NCBI GenBank assembly: GCA_047495785.1
Contig: JBLDXI010000074.1
Span: 1,364,001 to 1,428,000 of the forward strand
Source: Lepidodermella squamata
Lineage: Eukaryota; Animalia; Gastrotricha
DNA length: 64,000 nt
Direction of reading: 5' to 3'
The notes under the pieces were generated by a model. It was not told the origin of the DNA. It made no database searches and was given only the letters and a program-made list of their open reading frames with translations. The translations under genes were made by a program, and so were the position numbers. The first letter of the stretch is position 1. The number at the start of each line of letters is the position of its first letter. Below, piece after piece: positions 23,401-37,400 of the stretch.

Positions 23401-26400
23401 GTGCTCACGCTTGCTACTACTACCACTACTGATGGTGCTAGCTCCTCCTCCGCCACCCATCAAGTCTGTTGAAACAGGGCTACCCGTGCTGTAGTAGCTA
23501 GAGCTAAGGTGCGTTGTGAACGCGTGCGGCTTTTCTATCAACATCCACGAACCGCTAGAGGCCGATTGCGTTATCAACGCCGCCGGAAGCTGGGGCCGGT
23601 TGGTGGGCGGCGGCGGCGCTGGCTGCGTCGGCTGCGTCACGATTTGATAGCCATTGTGGTGGGGTGGCGACTGCACCGAGTCGTCCTGCGAGCCGAACGT
23701 TGGCCGCACGCACCGCATCGTACAGCCGTTCGAGCAGCATTTGTAGAAGAATTCACAGTCCTGGTCGTTCGAACACGTCTGCACGCAGCCGCCGGTGCCG
23801 TAGCCGAGCGATGGGCACGTGCCGGGCTTGTCGTCTATTTTTGCAAGGGGGAGGCAGTTTCACGGTACATTTAACAACGCGGCATCAGCATTATTTTCGA
23901 TCATTCGCAACAAATTTGAAAATTTGACAACAATTTGAATAAATATTGGAAAATTAATTATAAAATTGCGAGACAATTTTCGAAAATTTGTGAAATAAGA
24001 AAAATTGAGCTTTTAAGGAAAAATAAAATTGATTTTAGCCAAATTGGAAATTTCAAGCCGATAAAAATGTGGATTCGATTTCGGTGAATTTCAGTTGTCT
24101 CAAAAATTTTAGCTCTATTTTCATACCCAACCGCAAAGGAAAATATTCGCGAAGCTTCCAAGTTTGGCCGTGCCTCCGATTCCTCAAGTTGCTGATCTAT
24201 GGAACCTTTCAGATTCATTTCAAGGAAAAGATCCCAGGTCGTAAGGGCGATTTTAGTAATTCTAGTCGTAGTAGAGTTGCGCAAATGCGAAAATTGCAAA
24301 AAATGTAAAATCTTACTCGAAATCATGAAAAATTGCTCAAGGAAGCCAAAATGGTGAAACAAAAAAATTAGCCATTCCGCGAGTTAAATTCAGTTTCAAT
24401 TCAAACACTTCAAATTTCGAAAAAAAAATTAAATTTTCAAAATTTACGATGCGTTCATGTCATGCGTGAAAGCATGTGATAACAATCCGTATCAAGGCAT
24501 GTAAAAAAAAATTATTCTTCGATAGAAATGAACTCACTTGTTTTCGGCAAGACCTTGTAATTATTGGGCTCATGCGTGACGGCCGCTGTTGCGACCGGCT
24601 GGTCCAAGATCTGATACGACCGCCTAGATTGGCTGTTGTTGTCATTTCCATTTCCATTGCCATCATTGCTGCCCCCAGCACCCGCGCCGCTGGAACTCGA
24701 GTTGAGCTTGCCGACGCTCCACTTGGGCGCCTGGCCGCTCGAGAACGTGACGCAGAGCTTGCCGCAGCCGCTCGAACAGCACAGCGACGAGCCGGGCGCG
24801 CCGCCGCAGTCGTGCTCGGCGTTGCACTGCACCTCGCACGAGCGCGGCAGGAAGTTGGTCGGCGGGCACTGGTGCGCGGACGGCGGCGCGTCGTACGGCG
24901 CGATGCCCGGCAGCTTCGACCCGCCACCGCCGCCGTTCTTGTTGAACTGAGCCGGCGCCGATGGTTTAGCCGTGTTCCAGATCACCTGGGCGCCGCTTGG
25001 GAACCGCGAAGCTGGCGGTTGTTGCGGTTGTTGCATTTGCTGCTGCTGCTGCTGTTGTTGTTGTTGCTGGTTGAATTGCTGCGGTTGCTGGTGCTGATGC
25101 TGGGGCATCATACCTGAACATTTCAAAAATCAAAATTTGAAAATTTTCCATTGTCAAATTGCCGTGTCAAACAAATTAGTTTTCATATTTTCCGCGAATT
25201 TCAAGCAGCAACTGCGCAGAACAGCGAATGCGACAAAACAGCAAATTTTATATTTCGCCACAAAACAGCGAAAACTTGCTGTGTAAAAGATGTTTTTGCT
25301 GTTATGTCGCAAGTTGGAAAATTTGCTGTTTTGTCGCGTTTGCTGTTTTGGGTTATTGCTGTTATTACGGTCAAAGGAACTAAGGATAAACTTCAGCGAA
25401 GTATGTTGCCTCAAAATACGGTGAAGATAGTGCTAATCTCAACTTTGGCTTGGTTTTTTCAACCAATATAACGCGAAAGGTCCTTCTAACTTTCAAGGTT
25501 TAAGATATTCCAAGTTTCAAGGACCGATAATGAAATAACCAAATAACAGCCCTACTTCAAAATATCAAGGGATCACTTGGAAATTATGATTCGCCCACTT
25601 TTGAAGGATAATGCTCACCTTGAGGCGGGCCAAATGGTAGCTCCTGTTGAATAGGACTCGGCAACGTGGGTGACAGGCGGCCACCAGCACCTCCGCCGCC
25701 ACCTCCACCGCCCATGGCCATCATAGCCTCCTGCTGTTGCTTCGAATTCTGCCCACCGTACATGGACATGAGTGACGACTGATCATTGGCGTTGCCGTTG
25801 TTGCCGTTGCCATTCGCTGCGTTCATGATATCGGCGGCGTTCGTGCTCGGCGGCATGCACATGGTGCCGCAGCCGTTGAAGCAGCACTTCTGCTCGTACG
25901 TGCAGTTCATGTCGGTGCGGCACTGCGACACGCACCAGCCGTAGTCGCGCACCGACACCGATTGCGGGCACACCCCGGGCTTTTCTAAAAAGCACAAGCA
26001 AATAAATTCCAAAATTGAAATATTTATCAACAAAGAACAAAGAAATATTATAAAATTTCAAATTAATTTCAAATTCAAATTTTTAAAAGAGAATTTCAAA
26101 ATAATAATTTTAAAATTCCAATATTGCTTAATTTTTGTTTTACCAAATTCAGATAATTTAATTCTCGAAATTAGGATGAAAACGAAAAGTTGATTAATAA
26201 TTTCGTTACCTTCGGACGATTGTTGGAAGGCGGGCGAAACACCAACGGGTACAGCACTTGTTATCGCGGCATTGGCGAATTCAGGCGGCAAGGGAAGCCG
26301 GAGGGGCTGGTTCGGTTGCGCGGCGGCTGCGGCGTAGGACGGGTCGGACTGGGCGCCGGCGAGCTGGGCGAGCATCACGGCGCCCAGCAGCAGTGCGAGG

Positions 26401-26471
26401 CCGAGCGACGAGGATTCGGGTAAGGAGGATCGCGCACCTGCCGCGAGGCCGCGCCGTTTTTTCACCGACAT
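17444..26471 (-). CDS. Large secreted multidomain protease-inhibitor/matrix protein: 3 WAP-type domains, Gln-rich and Thr-rich linkers, an unnamed globular domain, a His/acidic tract and a C-terminal Kunitz domain (~1391 aa)
   Basis: Phase-compatible exons 26210-26471, 25619-25984, 24538-25113, 23553-23834 (donor uncertain), 21994-22470, 21363-21637, 19797-20523, 18174-19040, 17444-17787; WAP motifs KPGVCP..C..C..D..C....KCC.NGCG..C and KPGTCP..KCCSNGC; Kunitz P1 Arg (GTCRTQ); probable upstream exon ending at 27033. Confidence 0.85.
19560..19693. mobile_element. 134-bp hairpin MITE with ~52-bp perfect TIR and 3-bp TSD (GAA), PIF/Harbinger-like
   Basis: gggtcaatacatataaaattcgattaatataaagaaagtactacactaataa and its exact reverse complement; gaa on both flanks. 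Confidence 0.85.
20571..21100. repeat. Intronic minisatellite, 51 bp x ~10 apparently identical units
   Basis: Unit ttggaaattttggaaatttccaaaaaattgaaatttgaaactcacgaataa repeated from 20571 to ~21080. Confidence 0.97.
25215..25350. repeat. Intronic inverted repeat (foldback)
   Basis: gcgacaaaacagcaaattt (25230-25248) versus aaatttgctgttttgtcgc (25319-25337), plus further AACAGC/GCTGTT pairs. Confidence 0.6.
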
Positions 26472-29400
26472 GCCTTCAACTACAGCTAGGTTCAGGAGTA
26501 TAAAATACGCCCTAAAAATGCAAGAACAAGCTTCAGTACAAAAGTATTAAGAAAATATTCGAAAAACTCGAAGAGTTAAGAGATACGAAACTCCGAGAAA
26601 GGTGTCCATACTTCGAAATCGGAGATTTTGCTGCTAAATTAGACCACAAATAACTACTGAAGGATTCTCAGTAAGCAAAAAACGAACCATCGCCTATCTT
26701 TAAAAAATATCAAAAACCTTTATTAATTCATCCTAATTCCTAGCATCGCTTTTATCCAAATTCCTAATTTCTTATTTCCAGTTATTCCAGTATCTGAGCC
26801 TAGAAACTCATTCTTTTTAGAATTTGGGATCTCAACACATGGCTTATCCTTATTCGAATAAATCTATTCAGAACTCCGCTCTTAAACATCGACCATAGCC
26901 CACCTCTGGCTTTCCTAAAAATTGACCTTAAAAGATTCCAAACGTTCATATCCGAGCCCAAGTCGATGATGACTTGATTGAACTTAACAAAAAAAGCATC
27001 TCAATTTGGCAAAAAAAAGCTATTTCTCAAACCTTCGTAGATTGAAATAAACGAAAATAAAAAAGACTGAAGTCAGTTGATGAAAAGGGACAGTAGAGAC
27101 AGTAGAGGGGGAAAAAAGCTGGCTGGGCGCGCGAAGTTGACCTGACGAGCGAGAGGAGGGATGGAGAGAAAAAAGCGGCGGCGCGCGGCGTGCAAAAAAA
27201 GCGCGCGCTCGAGGCGATAGCTGCGATAGTTACAGCCGTAGCTGATGATGACGGCCGCGCGGCGCTGGTGTTGGTGATGCGCCATCGACGTCGACGCGTC
27301 GCCAGTGCGATGCGTGACGGCGTGCGAACGCTGCGACTGCGCTGGCGCCACGCTGCGACCTGGTAGTCCGGCCTGGCCGCAGAACAAAGGCACAGCTTTC
27401 TGGTAATCTCACTCGCATAGCAAGACGCCACTAGCTACTACTGCGCTGCTGCTGCTGCTGCTGCTGTCTTCGTCGTATTCTTGCTGCTCGAAAATGAGCG
27501 CAATAAGAAAGCGTCTAATACCTGTTGCAACAAACGCCATTATCATGTGTAGCAGCAGACGGCGATGATGATAACCGCAAGTTGCTTAATTGCACGCGTA
27601 AACACAAGCGGGGCGAAAGTCAGGCAACACGCCACTTGATCGCCGATCGCACAAGGGCGCGCGCGGTTTTTGCGCGCAACAATATTATTGCTTTATTGCG
27701 CGCGAACAAATTATTAATTATTGCAGCAGCGATACGTGATGCGCGCGCACTAATAAAATTGAACGCGCGCGGGCGCTCGCTTTAAGTGCGCAATAAATTG
27801 AACGTAAATTGTTTGCGCGACGGTCACGAAATACGTATAGCCGATATAAAATTAGGCGCATCCATCAACCAAGTCAACGCCTCGTCCCGTTCGAGTACTA
27901 TTATAGTGATCACTCTCTCAGGTAATAATGGAAACAATAACATGGTAATAAAAGTTTTCGCTCTCTCTCTTCTCTTCTCTCTCTGGGTCGTCAAAATTGT
28001 AAACAAACAACGCGCGAAGACGCGAATTTGCTGCCGCATCTCGCCAATTGCCGCCGCAGACGACGGCGCCGTAAAGCCGTCATCCAACAGCAAGCAACAC
28101 AATGCCAGCTGGCCACGCATCCCGCACATCTTCTTGTTCTTCTGCTTCTTCTTCTTCTTCTTGGTCTTCTTCGTTAAATTCTAGTGTCTCAAGTTATTGC
28201 AAAATAATAACAATAATAATAATAATAATAAAGGCAAGAAAGTTATTTGTTTAAAATTATTAAACTCTCGACACTGCAACGGCGGTGGTGAATGACACAC
28301 AGCAATATAAATTAGGTACCTGCCCGCATGCAATAATAACCGTTGTGGCTTATAATGAAAATTTCTCTGAAATCTCTCATAAAACTAAAATTTTAACAAC
28401 GCCTTTATAGGTTGGCGCGAAAAATGCTGGTTGAAATTGAAAAAAAAAATCCGAAAAATTAACGACAAAATTACGAATAATTTTCCGAGGTAATTCAAAA
28501 CCATGTTTCGAACAATATCGATTGTCGATTAGGAAATATTACCCAAATTAAAAAAAATCGAAATTATCAGTAAATTTTTTTAAATTTCTTGGTAATACCA
28601 CCGAATAAGTTGTAATATCATCGCAGTTCGGAAACCGCAGGTATTCAAAGTGATGTATAAATTGCTAAAACCTAAGCGCGGATAAAAAAATTCATATTGC
28701 AGCTTCATAATTTTCCTAAAAAAAACGTTATATATTGTTTTTTAGGGACTATATCGAGCATTGTTTGAAAAGAAATATTTCCTATTAATCGCCAGGATCT
28801 AAGAGTTGACGGATGACTATAGTGTCTCATATCGCATGTTCCTTGATATAAATTAATTGTATGTAATTACTATTATTATTAGTATAGCAAATGAATTTAA
28901 TCTAAATATTCACGCGGCTGGTGGCGTTGAAATGATGCAGCTCTCTAAGAATAAATCGCCGATGAGAGCGCGGAGATGGCACTCGAGACAAGGTGAAGAC
29001 GCGAGTTGGGACTTTCACATGGTACAATACGGCAGGCAGTCAAGTGCCAGTATTTTTAGCCTAGCTGGACTCTGAAATGTAGTGCGTGCGCGCTCGCTCG
29101 CGCATTAATTACGCGCGAATACGTAGACGCCTCGCGTTAATTGCGCGCACAGGTTAATTAGCGCGCAATGCGAGCGAGAATAAAGCTGTCTAAATACCTG
29201 CGACCACTACACCATGGCAAAGAGCATTTCGCTGGTGCAAGTTTGCCTACGAGAACAGAATCAAAATGTAGCAAAATACATCTTTCATCCGGGAAGCCAG
29301 ATTGCGTCCATCTTAAAATTTCGTGCTAAATTTTGAAGTAAAACGGAGACGAAACGAAGCTATATTGAAAAAAATTTAAATCCAATTGCAAAAATGTATT

Positions 29401-32400
29401 CTTACAAGGCCAACAAGGCCGAATGTAAGGCCAAATGTAAGTTCTCAGCCAAGCTGATAGGTAGAATTTTTCTGAATTTTTTTAAGCAAATGGCAAATAA
29501 AGAAACTAGTCGGAAAATCGACACCGGGGTCTCATGCGCACATTAGTTCCTATCAGCTTGCGATTTCACAAGTTATACTCGCGCCCAGATGAATGCATTG
29601 AGAGTTCAATAGCCAGCCTAATACTGTTTCCCAAGTGTTTCATAACAATTCAAGAAGACAATAAACGAAAATTGGTTAAATGGAAGGAAAATTAATTAGA
29701 AAAAATTATTCATAATAAAAATTAAATAAATAATTTTTAATAAATAAATTAAAAATAAAAAATTGAAAAATGACGCAAAAAATATCCTCGATTAATTATC
29801 ATCTCTGCAATATCATTATCTCCGCTATCCAGACATTGACGAATTTATTTCCGAATTCCTCGGAAAACATTCCATTTGTTGCAGTTGGAACTGTCAGTAA
29901 TTCGGTGTAGTATGAATGGAAGAGAAAAGGTTGGAAAATAAGACAAAAACTGCATAAAAGAGTCGCCGGAGGCAAATGAGCAGCTCACTTATTTTTGTTC
30001 AGAATATTATATCACCATTAGTAGCTCTCGGCTATGAGACGTCGCCATCACATAGGATGACAATGACACTTTTAAATCGGCCGTTTTTTTTCTTCTTCCA
30101 AGCTCGGGAAAAACAAAGTAAGGAATAATATACAAAGCTTTTATTTGCGTGGTATCTTTCGCCTGGAAAAACTTGGTCAGATGTTAACTTTTTTACGGTG
30201 CCACGATAAAATTTTTGAAATTTTGAACTGCGTGATAAGGCAACGCGTGAGCATGGTATTGTTCGCGTGAATGTAGGCCATTTTACAAGGAACACATCCT
30301 AATTATATTCAAGTGCTGTATCGGCGTACCGCGAGCTTGGAAATGTGCATAAAGAAAGTCGAAAATCTTTTAGCGGAACCACATTTCCATGAAGCTGAAC
30401 CTTACTCGAAATAGGCCAAATGTCGCTTTTCGAATAATTCTGCGAATTAGAGGTACGAATTCGAGGATCAAGGATAATCTATAGGATAATCTACCAGCAA
30501 GGCCTGAAGTCAGCGGCTATCAATCGGCTGGAATCGGTCAGCATCCAAGGCGGAATCTGTAGCCACCTCAATTATACCAGAAATATCATTTTCACGACGA
30601 ATTTCGGCGTTTGATGGTACTTGGCTCTTTGTCCATAAAGCATTAGCTTCACCCAAGCTTTCAATATGATTATCAGCCGAATTTGCAAGGTTTTTCAGCT
30701 ACGTCATCGGTGTAGCTTAACCCACTGACAGCCGAATTTGTTCAACTAGCTCTCGAATGCTTGATACAGATTCACCCGGAGTTCAGCAGTTAGGCCTCTG
30801 TTTCGCCAGCTTTTCATGATAATTCAAAATGGCGTCCATCGCAATGGGTACCTAGTCAATCGGACCTTGCCGAACACGAGAAGGGCTTGAAACTTGAAAC
30901 TCACGAGGCCTTTGCATAATATATAAGAAATTAGTGAATAAAATATAGAACAAAATTACCAAAAATAGACCGGGAAAATTGAAAAATTATTAGTGAAGTC
31001 AGAAATCAGCTTGCACACTTTTTATTTTAGAATTTTCAGAGCAAAGGCTAATTTTTAACCTTGGAATTATTTGCCTGAAGTACCCTCGTTAAGGTATCAT
31101 TTTCCTGCACTTCCCGGTCTTTAGAAAATTTTTAGCGGAACCAAATTTACGGTGACCCGAACCTGAATTACAGTAGCGGAACCAAATTTGCTTTCTGCGG
31201 AACCTTACTCGACTAAGGGTCACCTTTTGAATAATTCTACGGCTTCGAGGCGAAGCATGAGTTCTGAAATGCGCGCGCAGTCTCTGCCGCGGCACCGTAG
31301 TATTTTGCTACGAAGGCTATCGAGTAAATTTTATTGCATATTCACTCATTTCTCAATTTTTTCTTGTAGTCGCCCAGTTACATTCAATAATTTCGTTCAC
31401 ATTCCTCGTTGCATGCCGGCTGCATTGACGCTGCTGTAATGTCGCACCCCAGATATTCAAATTTGGCGATGCCGCATCCTATACGGCTGAGTATCAATTT
31501 GTCTCGCACTGCATGCCGTTAGTCGTCGCTGGCGGCGCGATGCAAGAGCAAGGTGCGGATTAATTGCAACTCTCGGCGCCGAGTCGGAACCCGGCACTTA
31601 ACTGCGGCACCTGTTGGGCGCTCGGGGCGCCCGCGGTCTTTGGCTCGCGGTGTCTCCGGGCGATGGCCGCGCGATCAGTAACGACGTTAAGACGCCAAAT
31701 GGCACGGCTTAGCCGGCTAATTTCGGCACTTTTGACATTCGGCTCATGTACTACAAATTCAATCAATTATTTGTATTGGCGCTCACTTTGAGCAACGCGC
31801 GCGCGCATTTGAATATATCATCATCAACATCATCGGCCTAATTAAAAATCATCGCGATTATTATTATTATTGCGCGCATAAATGAATTTAGTTTTCAAAT
31901 TTTGCCGCGCCGTCAAAGAAGCAGCGCGCATCTGCGCCGTAAGAAACACAACTTAATCCGCAGCGCTTAATCCGTCGCCTTTGAATGTGACGTGTAACTT
32001 CGTTGTTGTAGCAACCGAAAATACTAATAATGATACATAGTATTAAGGCGGCTTTGCGCGGTTTGAATAAATAACCAACAAAGGTGTGCAATTGATGCAC
32101 TGAAATATATTATTGGAAAAATGTCTGTGGAAAATATTGAAAATGACTTGAAATCAAAATTGGATCAAATTCATAGCCGACAGGATCAAATGCTCATGTC
32201 TCCGTTTTTCGGCTCAATTTCTTTCGCCCTTCCCATTTTCATTTGCTGCTCAAATTTCTGCGGAGAATTCTGAGTAAAAAATACGCCAATAAAAACACGA
32301 TGATTGAAACTGATAAAATGTTTTATTATCAGCGCGAAATTTTCTATATAATAATAAAATGTAATAAAACTTCGATTTTTGTTATCGTCCACTTTCAAAA

Positions 32401-32944
32401 ACTTGGCTCGCAGGCATTTTCATTTTCATATATAATATTTGCACTTTGCCCTTCGCGATTGTCACCAATAATTGTTATTAATTTCTTCAATAATAAAAAC
32501 GCCGCTTGTTTCATATTAAAGCAGATAAGCCGTATGTAATATTGACGTAGAAAATTGGCAAATACGTTACTTGTAAATATTATTATAATAGCAGTTGAAG
32601 AAATAATGTTATTAATATAATATGAATAACAATACCGCACAACATTTAACGAAAAGAAACAAAAAAGATATTGCGCGCTCACAACAGATGTGCGCAATTT
32701 TTTGTCGCAACAGGAATGCGCGCGCGTTTTCATGGTCAAGTGCAGGCGAATAATGTCGAGTGATGCAATCCAAACATATCGATATACAATATTTACTTAT
32801 ACAGATAATAGAGTGGTAATATAGCAATAACTAGATTTTTCAGCTTTCAGCTTTTGTAACAAGAGCAGTGTTTCTCGCGTGTATAACGAAGGAATGGTTA
32901 ACAATATAAGCAGGTAATAATATTATTATCGTCAGCCCAGATAA

Positions 32945-34101
32945 TTACCATTGTAAACACCCGGCTGCTTGGTACTGTTGTTGGTAACCGCCGTGGAATG
33001 CCGACGGTTCGAAGTAGCTGCTCTGATTGGCGGCCTGAGGCGACGCCGGTGCCGTGTTGGTACCAGAACCAGCGGTACCAGTCTGGTACCGCCAATCAAC
33101 AGGTGCCGGCGTGTGCCCAGCGTAGTACTGCGACGTGGGGTTGTTGCCACTTTCAGTCCACGTTTCAGACATTGGACTCGCAAAATAGCTGCTGGTAGTG
33201 ATCGGAGCCATGGTGGTACCAAACTGAATAGAAAAATCAGAAAAAAATTAATAAAAATAAAAGAATGGATCAAATGAATTTCATCCCGACCAAATGAATT
33301 TTCAACTAGGGATCAGATCGAAATCAAAATTCAAAGTTTTGGATCAATATTTGAATTCGTTATTTGATCAACACATTTCATATAATTTTTAGAGCATCTT
33401 GATCAAATCAAGAGCATCTTGAGAAAAATGGGGGAAAACTGGGAATTATTTGTAAATCTCACCTGCTGTTGGGTAGGGACAAGGCGAGGCGTAGTGGTAT
33501 AATGGTGTTGCAGAACCCGCTGCTGGTGCTGCTGTTGCATGACTAATAGATTGCTGCTCGCCAACTGGGCATCACTCGCCTTTTCCAACTTGAAACCGTG
33601 CTGCTGATCGCTCGATGAGGTGGGCGAGCACGAATTAGATTGGTGTTGCTGAAGTTTTGGCGAGCAAGAACTGGTCGAGCAGGCCGAGGGTGACATGGTC
33701 GCGACGAACGAGGCCGAAGAATTCTTGCCAGAACTCGCGTACCACGACGGGGTATCGGGCAGCAAAGCCATCGCATCAGGCGCTTGTTGCCGCAGAATTT
33801 CCTTCAACGTCCTGATGTATTTGCACGCGAATCGCAGTGTTTCGATTTTCGTCAGCTTGCCGTCGCCCTGAGCCGCGTTCGGCAGGGCTTCGCGAAGTTG
33901 ATCGAGGGCTGAGTTCAGATTGTGCATACGATTGCGTTCGCGGTCGTTCGCCTTCACACGGCGTTGTCGCTTTGCCTTCTTAGAAATGGCACATGAAATG
34001 AAGATCGACTCAATTAAATGATATTAACTCACCTCTGGCACTGGAATCGACGGGTCGAGGGAGCGTTTTCGGTTGGCAGTCGACATTTCGAAGATTGTCA
34101 T
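32945..34101 (-). CDS. ngn: Neurogenin-family proneural bHLH transcription factor (~287 aa)
   Basis: [24 protein letters not shown]...[11 protein letters not shown] matches the neurogenin bHLH signature; exons 34033-34101, 33463-33978, 32945-33223. Confidence 0.9.
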
Positions 34102-34404
34102 AGAAGAAGTTTTTTGAATATTGCTTATAAAAGAGCTAGATTAAAATGAACAATAAATCAATGTTACAGACGACGTAAAAATTGATCAAATTTTGATTCA
34201 AGGCCGAGTTGTAGAGAGAATCAAATGCGAATCGACATTAAATTTCAAAGGCAAGCTATGACTCTTGATTCTGGTTTGATTCTCTCAACATCCGGGAAGC
34301 TTGAATCAATGCACTACTTTATGACTGTGTATAGGTGTAATTATTACAAATTAGGAAGAGTAAACAAATGCGAGTGTGCACGTGTATGTTTATGAGTGTG
34401 GGAG

Positions 34405-34480
34405 TGAGTGTGCGCGCGCGCTGATTGGTCGACGAGATGCGCAAAGCGAGCGGACCAATCAGAATACGCGCGCACGCCTC
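34405..34480. promoter_or_regulatory. Candidate neurogenin proximal promoter: inverted pair of CCAAT boxes between GCGC tracts
   Basis: ctgattggtc...gaccaatcag inverted 10-mer about 330 bp upstream of the ATG; E-boxes CAGGTG (~34633) and CATCTG (~34748) nearby. Confidence 0.45.
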
Positions 34481-37400
34481 ACACACCTATCTTACACGAT
34501 TATTACGAGCACGCGCGCGCCGCTGGTCTTTTGAGGCCGCGTGCGGCGCACTTGAATTTCGTCAAGTTGAAACTTGTTGAGACGCCGGTGGTGTTTAGAG
34601 GCGGAACCACTTGTTTCGATGAGATTTTTCATCAGGTGCCGCCACCGCCCGGCTACCAGGCGCCGCGATAAAACGGTACAATGCGTTGCCGTGTTTACCA
34701 GTAGCAAATCAGCGCGTGTCCTATCTGCGACGCGCGCTATCGACTGCCATCTGGACGATCGGCAGGCGAAAGGGCAAAACTTCTAACACGCCTCGATTTT
34801 CGCTCATTCCCAGACCAGTAAATGCAATCAGGCTCGATATTAGATTCTAAAAGCCACGAAGCTGATTAAAGATGATGAATAATCAGAATTTGACGTAATT
34901 TTTCTTATTCATAAAGAGAAATTGAGATTTTGACGAGTACTGAAAAATGAGCAACTGATCTAATATTGATCCTAGTCCAATTTTTCTCGCTGGAAAATTC
35001 ATAAAGAAAATCACAACAAAAACTATTTTAATTTTAGATTGGCACTTCGGAAAACTAGAAATTCCGATCGAAGCCACTTAAAAAAATGGGATTAATTGGG
35101 AGCTTACGAAATTACGGGAATCAAATCAGAGATCAGTAAGTAAATAAAAAATTTTCCAGCATTCCACATTTATTTATACATACATTTCTGAAATGTACTA
35201 GAAATGATCTAAACTAGGCTATGACGGGGAAAATAAATGTGCGTGCCAACTGCGAAATGATCGTGAAAACTGGCTGATTGGTGCGGGTTTAAATATGAGG
35301 CTTTCTGGTGGCCTTTTCACCAAAGCGCAATAGCCCTCCCGATTTCCTGAGCTTTGACAACGCGGCGGCGGAAGCGCGGCCATAAATTACCGCGGGCGGA
35401 GCGAGACGCGGATCGCATGTTAATTAGCGCGCGCGAACGCAGATGACTAATTGCGATACAGTGCGCGCATCTATCTCATTACTACAAGTTTGATTGCGAA
35501 ACACGCGATCAAAAGTAATAACCGCGCCGGCCTGAACAACATCAAGACAGCTAATACAAGTAATACGTCGACTAATAGCAATTATTGTTAAAGCAAAGCC
35601 TGTAATTTGCGAGAATGAATTATGTTCCTTTTTTCGAACAGCCGCCGCCGCCGCTGACGACCGTTAATTACCGTTCGCGCAAAAAAATACTAGGATATTG
35701 AGGAGAAAAATAAAGCAAGGTCGCGTGGCTTGACTAATTTTTGAAAAAGTACTACTTTGCGATAAAATGAAACGGCGCAGTTGCAGTAACGGGTTTTCGC
35801 GAAAAAATTGGCCGGGTGTGATGGGCGCGCGGCGGTCTTTGAGCGCCTCGTCTGTCACCGCGCCGAACAGGTGCTGTCTAATTGACAGTCAATCGCCGGT
35901 GTGTCAACAGTAACAATTATTGAAGAGCGCGCGCGGGCGTTAATTCGATTAAAGGACGAGCCGATTGTCAAGGGCCGCCCGCGCAAATATTTGCGCGTAA
36001 TCGACGGTGTTTGCGCTAAATTGTTACACCAATAATAACAATAATATTGTAGCAACCTGTTGTTGCGGTTGCGGAAGTAGCTCGGGATAATATAAAACTC
36101 GAGTGCTGTCAAATTGGCAGGGCAAATACTACTCAAGTAGCCGCTTTTATGGCGGCGTTCGAGCCGAACATGTTCACGCGCCCTCTTGACATCGGCTAAA
36201 TTACCGATTGAAGTGTCCCACGTAGGAAATACCTAGGATACCTAGGAAATAGAAATAGATACCTAGAACCGAGAAAAATGGTAGAAATCGATTGGGGAAA
36301 TGTTTTAACCGTAAATTAATAAAAAAACGAATGCAAATAGGATACAAATTTTCCTGATAATTTGCGCGTGTTACTCATAATTTTTGGCGATTTGATAACA
36401 TTTACACCTGATTATTTTTGAGTAAATAACTTTGAAAAATTCTAGTCGAAACCTGCTATACTTGTTCCAACGAAATAAGGGAGAATTTTCGTAATACCTT
36501 TTTATAACGGAAAATACGAAACTCGCTCCCAGCCAAAGCTTAAATTTCCAGAGAAAATCCCATTACTAGTCATAACGACTTCGAATTTTCAATCTAGGTA
36601 CCCTGCTTTAGATGTTCTACCAGTAAAGAATATAGTTGGAAATTTTTATACGAATATTTGAGATGAGAATTTTAGGACATCATAATATGGCGAATTCCCC
36701 CTATTCAAGGAATCAAGCTTAAAATGATAGAAGATCTGGCTGGTAATCCTTACTACACGCGACAGATTTATGGCGAGAAGAATATCAGCTTAATTCAGTG
36801 CGTCTTTAGAGCGAATTAAAACAAGGCGATTGACAGTTATACTTGGTAGTAACTACTGGTAGGAAGTAAGTAACTCATTTTAAGCCAATTTATCATTGAA
36901 AAATAGTAGTAGGACTGCAGTAAAGACTAGTAGGGCTTAGTTAGCTGACCCGTAATAAGCCAGGGCGACGAGAGGTACTCAAGGAGTTACTTGGCTTTTT
37001 ACGACAGCGTAACAACTTTGCGAAATAATTTTAATGACGGCTTATGTAAGCGCGTGCGCGCGTGTTGCAATGCGCGACTCGCCTCGCCTCGGCCTTCGAG
37101 TTGCGAGTTACGAGTGACAAATTCGACTCGGGCGCGTGCGTTGCGCAAGAAAAGGATGACACACGCGACTCAACGGGCCAGGGTTATAAAACTCTACGCC
37201 CGCGTAATTATAATGAGCCTGTGTTGTTTTTCAACACAGATCTTGACCACCACCACCAGCATCGCAGCTATAGCAGTGCGAGATTGCTATCTGGTCTCTC
37301 ACGCGGGCGCGCGCTCGAGGACTCGGCGAATCGCGAAAATTGTAGGGTGTTTTCGAATTTTGACGCGCGAGTGCCACCCGCAATCTTTGCGCGCCACTTA

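Noticed and set aside
27027-28184. ORFs upstream of the WAP/Kunitz gene
   Set aside because: Low-complexity promoter/UTR-like sequence with no protein-like signal.
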